A stretch of 12,193 nt of DNA from Campylobacterota bacterium (lineage in GTDB: Bacteria; Campylobacterota; Campylobacteria; Campylobacterales; Sulfurovaceae): the NCBI GenBank assembly GCA_034722955.1, contig JAYEOM010000101.1, positions 1-12,193 on the forward strand, given 5' to 3'. Each line of letters begins with the position of its first letter. Position 1 is the stretch's first letter. Shown piece by piece: positions 5,106 to 12,193 of the stretch. Below the pieces are notes generated by a model. That model had not been told where the DNA came from. It worked only from the letters and a program-made list of their open reading frames with translations, and ran no database searches. Made by a program: the position numbers and the translations under genes.

Positions 5106-7526
5106 CTAAAAGAGTGAACCGCTATCTTCATCTATAGTAGGCACTGGAGGCTTTCTCTTTGGATGCAGAGGGTCTTCAGGTATTGGATCTGATACTTTTA
5201 TCCTGTTTCTATCATCTTCCATCTCCAATGACTCTTGGTCAAATGCAGGATTGTCTTTTATGATCATCTCCATACGGTTATCACGATTGATCGCTTTAGG
5301 ATGCAGCTCTATTATTGTCCCATCACCAAAAGTTGCATTGACTTCACTATCAGCAGGTTCTGGTTTGATGATCTCTCTAAAAAATGGATCATCAGACTGG
5401 GACTCTTCTCTATATTCAGTCTCAACATATTCTAGTTTACGAACTTTTTGAGGTAGATCTTTTTTGGTTTCACCAAACATACTTAAGATATCATCCTCTC
5501 TGCTATGGGCAGAATCGACCTCTACAGGGTCTATATCTTCATATACTGCCACATAGTCTTCATCTCTTTCTACTCTCTCACCTATATATTGTCTCTCCTC
5601 AGCAATAGAGGCTGCTGCATTTGGCAGAGGAGATATCTCTGTATATAGCTCTTTTTTTCCATCTACCATCCCCTCAAAAACCCCTTCAGGTTTTTCAAAA
5701 ACACGCGGAGTGTCAGGATATAGCTTCAAAAGCTCTCTATAGTAGTAGGCAAATGCAGGAGCTGCCAAAGCACCTCCTGTCGCTTTTTTGCCGATGCGTC
5801 TGTTGTTGTCACGACCAAACCATACGATGGTCTCAATAGTAGGAGAGTATCCGCAAAACCATGCATCTACATTGTCATTGGTTGTTCCTGTCTTTCCTGC
5901 CAACTCAATACCTTTAACCCCAGCTCGTTTTCCAGTACCACGCTTGACAACATCTTTGAGTATATCGGTCATCAAATATGCCTGTTCAGGCTTGGTAAAA
6001 TCAACGATCTCTTTGGGGCGTGTCTCATAGATCACTGCTCCCTCTTTGGAGACGATCTTGCTGACTAATCTAGGCTCGATCATATGTCCATAGTTGGCGA
6101 AAACAGAGAATATCTGTGCCATTTTGAGTGGACTAAGCCCAAGATTGCCCAAGGATATAGACATATCTCTAGGGATATGAGGTACATCTAGAAGTTCCAA
6201 ACGCTTGCGTATAGTATTTACACCGATATCATAAACTAGATTTACTGTTGCCAAATTTCGTGAATGAACCAGCGCTTCTCTCAAACGAATAAAACCTTTA
6301 AAGTCACCCTCATAATTTCTGGGAGACCAGATAACCCGTTTGCCATTTTTATAATACTGAAAAGTTCTAGCTAGATCGGTCAGCTTGCTCGCTGGACTAT
6401 ATCCCATATCAAGTGCTGTCTGATAGATAAAGGGTTTAAATGCAGAGCCAGGTTGCCGTTTGGTTTGAGTGATACGATTGAATGCACTCTTTTTATAGTC
6501 AACCCCGCCAACCATCGCCAGAATATCTCCCGTTTTACTCTCTACTGCCACCAACCCCGCATTCAATGAGGATGTTTTGGCTTTTTCTCTGTATTTTTTG
6601 AGTGCTTTTTTATAAGCAAAAGCTACAGCATCTCTAGCTATTTTCTGCTGTTTCATATCTACTGTTGTATATATTTTGTATCCGCCGGTTCGGATATCAC
6701 CAAGTCTTCCCTTAAATCGTCGTTGAACTTCATCTACTATATATGGTGCTATATTTTGTGTTAGTGTAGTTTTGTGAACCTTTGGTGTCTCTTTGATCGC
6801 TTTGATATACTCACTCTCATTGATCCATCCGATACTCTTCATCCGATACAAAACAGCATTTGCTCGAACCAGTGATCTCTTATAGTGTTTGACTGGATTG
6901 AGATAGCTCGGTGCATTGGGCAATCCGACCAATATTGCAGACTCTTTGAGTGTCAAATCTTGTAAATCTTTATTAAAAAAACCTTTTGCCGCTGTCTTGA
7001 TACCATAATATCCATTTCCAAAAAAGATCTCATTGAGGTAGCGTTCGAGTATCTCCTCTTTGGTAAGCTCAAGTTCAATCTTTAGTGCCAATATCGCCTC
7101 TTTGAGTTTACGGGCAAGTTTTTTTTCATTGCTTAGTAGTTTGTTTTTTATCAGTTGTTGTGTCAAGGTACTCCCCCCCTCCACAAACTTACCGGCTTTT
7201 ACATCTGCCACAATCGCACGAATGATAGCATCAGGATTAACCCCGGGATGCTCAAAAAATTGTGTATCCTCTACTGCCACCAATGCTTCGACCAGATAAC
7301 CTGGCAACTCATCATAGCGGGCATAAAGTCTGTGCCTCTCTTTAAAGACATATGCCAACTGTTTACCGTTGCGATCCATTATAACAGAGGATATCTCAGG
7401 GTCATAATTGATCAACTTATCAGCATCAAGTTTGATCTCCTCATAGGCGTAGATAAATGCTGCCATCAAGGCAATAGCAAAGATCAGAAATAGGATAATA
7501 GAACCTTTGATCAATCCGTTAATCAC
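5106..7526 (-). CDS. mrcA: Class A penicillin-binding protein (PBP1A, transglycosylase-transpeptidase) with long acidic C-terminal tail
   Basis: N-terminal TM anchor. GT51 motifs EDTQFFEHPG, GGSTLTQQLIK, RKLKE, KEEILERYLN. Transpeptidase motifs SAFK, SRN, KTGT. The GTG start overlaps the upstream stop (GTGA). Confidence 0.96.
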   Translation of the reverse strand: MINGLIKGSIILFLIFAIALMAAFIYAYEEIKLDADKLINYDPEISSVIMDRNGKQLAYVFKERHRLYARYDELPGYLVEALVAVEDTQFFEHPGVNPDAIIRAIVADVKAGKFVEGGSTLTQQLIKNKLLSNEKKLARKLKEAILALKIELELTKEEILERYLNEIFFGNGYYGIKTAAKGFFNKDLQDLTLKESAILVGLPNAPSYLNPVKHYKRSLVRANAVLYRMKSIGWINESEYIKAIKETPKVHKTTLTQNIAPYIVDEVQRRFKGRLGDIRTGGYKIYTTVDMKQQKIARDAVAFAYKKALKKYREKAKTSSLNAGLVAVESKTGDILAMVGGVDYKKSAFNRITQTKRQPGSAFKPFIYQTALDMGYSPASKLTDLARTFQYYKNGKRVIWSPRNYEGDFKGFIRLREALVHSRNLATVNLVYDIGVNTIRKRLELLDVPHIPRDMSISLGNLGLSPLKMAQIFSVFANYGHMIEPRLVSKIVSKEGAVIYETRPKEIVDFTKPEQAYLMTDILKDVVKRGTGKRAGVKGIELAGKTGTTNDNVDAWFCGYSPTIETIVWFGRDNNRRIGKKATGGALAAPAFAYYYRELLKLYPDTPRVFEKPEGVFEGMVDGKKELYTEISPLPNAAASIAEERQYIGERVERDEDYVAVYEDIDPVEVDSAHSREDDILSMFGETKKDLPQKVRKLEYVETEYREESQSDDPFFREIIKPEPADSEVNATFGDGTIIELHPKAINRDNRMEMIIKDNPAFDQESLEMEDDRNRIKVSDPIPEDPLHPKRKPPVPTIDEDSGSLF

Positions 7527-8212
7527 TGTCGAAACTCCCTATTGGCAAAACTTGCCTCAATTAATTGCCTTGTATAGACCTCTTTTGGATCTCTTAAGAT
7601 CTCATCTGCACTTCCAGACTCTACCACAATACCCTCTTTGAGTACCAAGATATCTTGACATAACTTCTCTGCCACCTTGATATCGTGTGTCACAAAGAGC
7701 ATCATAAATCCAAACTCATCTTGTAATTGTACCAAGATTTTAACCATTTCTCCTCGTAACTCAGGATCTAATGCAGTTGTAGGCTCATCTAGCAAAAGTA
7801 GTTTCGGTTTGCTACTCAATGCCATCGCCACTACGACCCTCTGTAGCTGTCCGCCACTCAATTCACCCGGAAAACGATCTATCAATGAACGCTCCAAATC
7901 TAAAAAATCAAATAACTCTCCCACGCCCTCCAGTGAAGTCAACCATTGATCATTTATCCTTGTCATTGGAGAGAGTGCAGTGAAGGCATTTTGAGGCACA
8001 AAAGATATAGTATCTCCGGCAATGAGATCAAAAGAGGAGTCGATATCTATGATAGCTTTGAGATTTGACGGCAGTAGCCCCAAAAGGGCTTTGAGAGTTA
8101 GTGACTTACCACTGCCACTCTGTCCTACTAGTGCCAGAGATTTTTTGATCTCAAAGGAGATATCTACCAGTCGCTTCTTGTCAGAATCGATCAAAAGTTT
8201 ACAACGGATCAT
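7523..8212 (-). CDS. ABC transporter ATP-binding protein, peptide/nickel (DppD/OppF-like) type
   Basis: Walker A GQSGSGKS, Q-loop VPQN, signature LSGGQLQR, Walker B LLLLDEPT, H-loop VTHD, and C-terminal PKEVYTRQL resembling the oligopeptide-transporter HPYT motif. Confidence 0.93.
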   Translation of the reverse strand: MIRCKLLIDSDKKRLVDISFEIKKSLALVGQSGSGKSLTLKALLGLLPSNLKAIIDIDSSFDLIAGDTISFVPQNAFTALSPMTRINDQWLTSLEGVGELFDFLDLERSLIDRFPGELSGGQLQRVVVAMALSSKPKLLLLDEPTTALDPELRGEMVKILVQLQDEFGFMMLFVTHDIKVAEKLCQDILVLKEGIVVESGSADEILRDPKEVYTRQLIEASFANREFRQ

Positions 8213-9300
8213 CTCGATACTCCTATCAAAATCTGCAATGCTCTATCTAGTGATTGTTTAGATACGCCTACTCTAGGAATCATGCGAATGATAGGCTCTT
8301 TCACAGTCGGCTGACGGATGGCTCCCACTACAAAACCCTCTGATATGAGCAGTGATTGTATCTGCATCACCTTTTTATTGGACTCTTTGGGTAGTGCTAT
8401 GATGAGTGATGGAGAGTCAATCCCGGTAAGCCTCTTGACTATTTTGAGTCTCTGCTCTATCTGTTTACGGTATTTATGGGCTTTTTTGGCTACGAGGTTG
8501 ATGTTGACTAGAGCTAGTGCCGTATCGAAAACTGAAGGAGCAGTAGAGTATATCACAGGTTTAGCACGATTGACCAAAAATGAGATGATCTCAGAACTAG
8601 CCAACAGATACGCCCCATAACTCCCATAAGCTTTGCCTAGTGTACCCATCTTGATATGGTTTTCGTCTGGTGTGATACCATAATACTCAAATATCCCCAG
8701 CAGGTTTTCACCCACCACCCCAGAGCTATGAGCCTCATCGACTATCATCAAAGCATCATATCTATCTACCACTTCAAATATATCACGATGACACACTTCA
8801 CCACTCATAGAGTAGACACCCTCTACAGCGACTATCCTTCGCTTGGCTTTGTATGATTGAAGCTTCTGCTCCAGATCAGCAGCATCATTATGCCCAAACA
8901 GCACTACTCGATCACCCAGCAACCCAGCAGCCATCACCCCACTAGCGTGATACTCCTCATCCATAAAGAGCATATCCCCCCTGCGTACCAAAGCTTCGAT
9001 GAGAGAGATATTTGCTAAAAACCCAGACCCCACCACAAGCCCCTCTTCAAACCCATTGAGTCTTGCTAGTCTCTCCTCAAAGAGCTTGTGTATGGGATGA
9101 TACCCATTGACCAACATACTAGCTTTGGGTGCAAAACTACGATACTGCTCTACTAATGCGATAGCTTTTTTAAACTGCTTTTTATTGGTAGAGAGTCCCA
9201 GATAGTCATTGGATGCCAAGTCTATGAGGTTCTCATCAAATATTTTTCGCTCTCTAAATCGCCCTGCTCTTTTGAGGGCTTTTAGTTGGGTTCGGTACAT
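8209..9300 (-). CDS. bioF: 8-amino-7-oxononanoate synthase (PLP class II aminotransferase / AOS family)
   Basis: Motifs SNDYLGL, SGFLAN, YHAS, FGHND, EGVYSM, DEAHS, GTLGKAYG (PLP lysine), YSTA and AIRQPTV. Start likely ATG 9300 (MYRTQLKALKRAGRFR is a typical BioF N-terminus). The alternative is ATG 9345. Confidence 0.85.
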   Translation of the reverse strand: MYRTQLKALKRAGRFRERKIFDENLIDLASNDYLGLSTNKKQFKKAIALVEQYRSFAPKASMLVNGYHPIHKLFEERLARLNGFEEGLVVGSGFLANISLIEALVRRGDMLFMDEEYHASGVMAAGLLGDRVVLFGHNDAADLEQKLQSYKAKRRIVAVEGVYSMSGEVCHRDIFEVVDRYDALMIVDEAHSSGVVGENLLGIFEYYGITPDENHIKMGTLGKAYGSYGAYLLASSEIISFLVNRAKPVIYSTAPSVFDTALALVNINLVAKKAHKYRKQIEQRLKIVKRLTGIDSPSLIIALPKESNKKVMQIQSLLISEGFVVGAIRQPTVKEPIIRMIPRVGVSKQSLDRALQILIGVSR

Positions 9301-9421
9301 TGGTGCTACTTTCGGTCTGTTTTTGGATAATAGACATCTGCTCATTAGAAGTTATTATTTATAATATTACTATCTCAACATCTGTTATATCTTGTTGATT
9401 TTCATCATCTACTTTAGTATT

Positions 9422-11137
9422 TTACTTTTTATCCCTATACTCATCTGCTGTTCTGCCAAGTTTATCTCTCATCGTCTGATCAGCTCCCTCTTTTATCAGG
9501 AGATTTGCCATATCATCATGTTTCATAAAAACAGCGAAAAAGAGCGGAGTCCACTGCTTTGATCTGTCAACTGCATTGACATCTGCACCTTTTTCAATCA
9601 ACAGTCTCGCAATCTCCAGATCTCCATTAAAAGCTGCATAGTGGAGTGGTGTCCTCTCCAGCTTGTCTGTAGAGTTTATATCTGGAGCATTTTCAAGAGT
9701 TCTCTTTACCTCAACTACACTCTTTGATAAAACTGCCTGGTGCAGTGAATTTTGCTCATATTTTTCTATATGTCTATTTTGCTTAGCAGTTGTCTGCTTT
9801 TCTGGATCGATACTATCAATCTCTTTTTTGACTTCATAATGATTGCTGGGTATTGGCTCAATCTGAGGTGTCTCTCCGGAGGTATTGATATTTTCCAATC
9901 CCTCTAGCGGAAAAAACTGATCATTTATTATCAATATGCCATCTTTAAAGGTGATATCATAAACAACACTCTCATTCTCATATTTTGCAAATAGGGTTGC
10001 TATAGATCCGACAGATCTATTCTCTTTGTAAACCTCTTGGAGTATCTCTTTTGGAAATTGAAATCGTAACTCTGCATTGAGGGCAGTCATTGCAGCCTCC
10101 GGAGCAGTGGCAATTTTTTGAATAAGTTCTTCTGTTCCCTTGAGGGATACTCTAGCACTCATCTTGACAGGACCAATATTTTTACCTTCAGTCATCAAAC
10201 TTGATAAACTCAAGTCTGACACTTCGATATATATTTTTTTGCTTCTGGCAAAAAGCTCCATTGTCAATATTTGCAACTCTTCACTATCTTCCAAGTTCTC
10301 TACATTTTCTTGCGAATATTTTATTAAATTCTCATATGCTTTTAAATTTAAATTACCGATAGTTATGGCTAGATTTACTTTCTCTACCTTTGAGTGCTCT
10401 TTATCAATATTTACATCAAACAGATCTATGGAGATAGCATAGTTAATATTTATATTTTCTCCGTTTGCTTCTGTTTTTGAAATAGCTTGTATATTATTTA
10501 TCTTAATATACTCACCAATATTATCGGCTTTAAGAGGTATAATATTTATGAGATCTATAGAGAATTTACTTTGTTGTTTTGTAAGATTATTTTGGTCATA
10601 AAATCCATTCATTTGGAAACCATTTATCACTATATTTACCGCATCTGGATGATTGATATCTATATCTTTAAAAGATGTATGATAACGATGAGTATCTATA
10701 TTGTAATTACTGTTGAGTTCAATAACTTTGTCATTTATGATTTTTTCCAGAAAAAGTTTGGTATTTTTATCTATGCTGTTATCATCCGGAAATGAAGTAA
10801 GTGTTGAGGCTGAGATAAAGCTCTCTTCTGTGTAGTTTATATCATTGTAAATACTGAGTCCTACCAAATCTTTATATTTTTCATATGTTTCATCAATGGT
10901 TAGATTACTCTCCTTGGATTTAGCAAATCTTATGATAAAAGATTCACCCGTTTCACTCCTCTTCCTATCATCAATGAGCCAACCACCTGCTTCAATATTT
11001 TGGTTTTTTTCTATTTTGTCAATAGACTCCTGTATAAGATTTTTGACATCCAAAGATTTAGACTGATTTCTATCTTTTGGTGCTTGAGCAAATAAGCTTA
11101 CCAATGCAACTGTTGCCAATAGTGATATTTTGAACAT
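9422..11137 (-). CDS. Secreted DUF945/YdgA-like protein fused to about 3 C-terminal ankyrin repeats
   Basis: Signal peptide MFKISLLATVALVSLFA. The central beta-rich region ends ...LNAELRFQFPKEIL...YDITFKDGILIINDQFFPL, resembling the DUF945 C-terminus. Ankyrin consensus from aa 462: NSLHQAV, RTPLHYAAFNGDLEIARLLIEKGADVNAVD, WTPLFFAV...LLIKEGAD. SD GAGGGG upstream. The ankyrin call is strong and the DUF945 call moderate. Confidence 0.8.
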   Translation of the reverse strand: MFKISLLATVALVSLFAQAPKDRNQSKSLDVKNLIQESIDKIEKNQNIEAGGWLIDDRKRSETGESFIIRFAKSKESNLTIDETYEKYKDLVGLSIYNDINYTEESFISASTLTSFPDDNSIDKNTKLFLEKIINDKVIELNSNYNIDTHRYHTSFKDIDINHPDAVNIVINGFQMNGFYDQNNLTKQQSKFSIDLINIIPLKADNIGEYIKINNIQAISKTEANGENININYAISIDLFDVNIDKEHSKVEKVNLAITIGNLNLKAYENLIKYSQENVENLEDSEELQILTMELFARSKKIYIEVSDLSLSSLMTEGKNIGPVKMSARVSLKGTEELIQKIATAPEAAMTALNAELRFQFPKEILQEVYKENRSVGSIATLFAKYENESVVYDITFKDGILIINDQFFPLEGLENINTSGETPQIEPIPSNHYEVKKEIDSIDPEKQTTAKQNRHIEKYEQNSLHQAVLSKSVVEVKRTLENAPDINSTDKLERTPLHYAAFNGDLEIARLLIEKGADVNAVDRSKQWTPLFFAVFMKHDDMANLLIKEGADQTMRDKLGRTADEYRDKK

Positions 11138-11269
11138 ATTATCCCCTCTCTTTTCATATAATTACTAACTGTCTGAAATATACTCTATGATTGTAACTAT
11201 ATTTTACTTTACCTCAGGATGATTGGTGCTCTGAAGTATCATCTCAGAGTTCTGATTGTAAGTATTCGC

Positions 11270-11605
11270 TCATCTATCTAAACCATTGATTTTCAGAAGT
11301 TCCAAGAGTTCATTTTCAGATAAATTTTCTTTTTGAGTTTTAGAGTATATTGTCATAAGAAAAATATTATTACTTTTATCTATAAAATAGTATACCACTC
11401 TAAAACCACCACTTTTCCCTGCGGGAATAGAGGAGTTAGAAACTCTTGTTTTATAGCAATTATGTTGTAAAGCTATCCCTGATTTTGGATTGAGGATTAA
11501 CTCTTTTTTTAAATCTTGAAAGTCTATTTTGACTTTTTTATATTTTTTAGCTAATTTTTTTAATTTGATTGAAAATGTTGGCAAAACTACAAGATTATAG
11601 TTCAT
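11270..11605 (-). CDS. Type II toxin, RelE/ParE superfamily (HigB-2-like)
   Basis: MNYNLVVLPTFSIKLKKLAKKY...CYKTRV...GKSGGFRVVYY...IFLMTIYSKTQKENLSENEL matches the RelE/HigB-2 pattern. ATG 11605 (alternative 11617) overlaps the antitoxin 3' end. Confidence 0.9.
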   Translation of the reverse strand: MNYNLVVLPTFSIKLKKLAKKYKKVKIDFQDLKKELILNPKSGIALQHNCYKTRVSNSSIPAGKSGGFRVVYYFIDKSNNIFLMTIYSKTQKENLSENELLELLKINGLDR

Positions 11606-11864
11606 CAAGTAGCTCATCTAGTGTTTGTAGCTTATCAGCTTTTTTAGGGTCATCTAAAACCTCTTTTAACTCTTTACATGCCGTATCGAACTCATCATAT
11701 AGTTTTTGAGTCTCTTGCTTTTCTATATAGGATTTTATAGACTCTATAATAATATCTGTTCTGTTTAAGTTATACTCTTTTGTAAATTCATCTATCTGCT
11801 CTATCAAATATACTGGAAGCCTAAGCCCTACTTGTTGTTTTTGAAGTTGTTCTAGTGAATGCAT
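11595..11864 (-). CDS. Cognate antitoxin, ribbon-helix-helix (CopG-like)
   Basis: QQVGLRLPVYLIEQIDEFTKEYNLNRTDIIIESIKSYI is an RHH pattern, and the C-terminus is acidic (LQTLDELLDEL). It lies upstream of and overlaps the toxin. SD AAGGA at 11876-11872. Confidence 0.85.
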   Translation of the reverse strand: MHSLEQLQKQQVGLRLPVYLIEQIDEFTKEYNLNRTDIIIESIKSYIEKQETQKLYDEFDTACKELKEVLDDPKKADKLQTLDELLDEL

Positions 11865-11896
11865 AGTTAAATCCTTTTACAGTTTTTATATCATAA

Positions 11897-11925
11897 ATTA
11901 TATACTATTTATATACATAAGTCAA
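11897..11925 (-). promoter_or_regulatory. Sigma70-type promoter of the TA operon
   Basis: Minus strand TTGACT (11925-11920), a 17-nt spacer, then TATAAT (11902-11897), 32 nt upstream of the antitoxin ATG. Confidence 0.8.
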
Positions 11926-12056
11926 ACACTACTAATGCACATCGCTATCAATTCATTAGGATCAAGTGTATAAATATCTACATTAAGACTTTTAACAAGC
12001 ATTTGTTGTTTTAGATTCAACTCATTAGGGAACCTCTCAAAAACAATTCTACCCAT
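11922..12056 (-). CDS. Small ORF (44 aa) of unknown function
   Basis: Below the ORF-track size cutoff. MGRIVFERFPNELNLKQQMLVKSLNVDIYTLDPNELIAMCISSV*, with a perfect AAGGAG 7 nt before the ATG. Could instead be a pseudogene remnant. Confidence 0.45.
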   Translation of the reverse strand: MGRIVFERFPNELNLKQQMLVKSLNVDIYTLDPNELIAMCISSV

Positions 12057-12089
12057 CTGACTTCTCCTTTTGCTCCTAGTTGGATTGTC

Positions 12090-12193
12090 TTAGTCTAAGG
12101 CATTCGCAAGTGCTATTAACACAGAAGATGATGGACTTTTAAGATTTTTTTCATATTGAGAAATTGATTGTTTGCTGATTATGCTATTGGCTT
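12090..12193 (-). CDS. XRE-family helix-turn-helix protein, 3' end (enters from the window edge; appears truncated)
   Basis: Manual translation ...ANSIISKQSISQYEKNLKSPSSSVLIALANALD* matches XRE/HTH_3 helices 3-4 (SKQxISxYE...P...L..LA.AL). TAA at 12092-12090. Confidence 0.8.
   Translation of the reverse strand, partial: ANSIISKQSISQYEKNLKSPSSSVLIALANALD

Noticed and set aside
7173..7179. G7 tract in PBP1A as a phase-variation site
   Set aside because: It encodes the conserved EGGST transglycosylase motif of a core gene and is shorter than typical contingency tracts.
1971..10795. Short alternative-frame and antisense ORFs in the track (e.g. 1971, 2973, 3656-4944 set, 5235-7493 set, 7677, 8022, 8318, 8656, 10140, 10487)
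   Set aside because: All lie within or across well-supported genes and show no recognisable motifs, so they are shadow ORFs.
11138..11269. Integron attC site or TPP riboswitch after the toxin gene
   Set aside because: No RYYYAAC...GTTRRRY pairing next to the stop codon. Only isolated CTGAGA/CCTGA words are present, without the TPP scaffold.

Overview
This is a bacterial chromosomal window. Gene content and protein style suggest Campylobacterota, Sulfurovum-like (inference). Core genes: a partial U32-family tRNA-hydroxylation (TrhP/YegQ-like) gene, a PHP-family histidinol-phosphatase, glnA, and a translationally coupled bioF / ABC ATPase / class A PBP operon. There are two accessory zones. 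Left zone (627-2677): an intact 236-bp MITE (15-bp TIRs resembling IS50 ends, 8-bp TSD) carries a GTAG-type REP doublet (REPIN). It is followed by two orphan membrane-protein ORFs, possibly one split gene, and a second decayed MITE copy that lacks the REPIN exactly and whose eroded end coincides with the Shine-Dalgarno of the histidinol-phosphatase gene. Right zone (9422-12193, AT-rich): a secreted DUF945-like/ankyrin fusion, an RHH + RelE/HigB-type toxin-antitoxin pair with a near-consensus promoter, a 44-aa ORF missed by the ORF track, and the truncated end of an XRE HTH gene. The most notable structure is the nested MITE-REPIN element, with filled and empty versions 1.7 kb apart. All family calls come from motif recognition by eye, not database searches.
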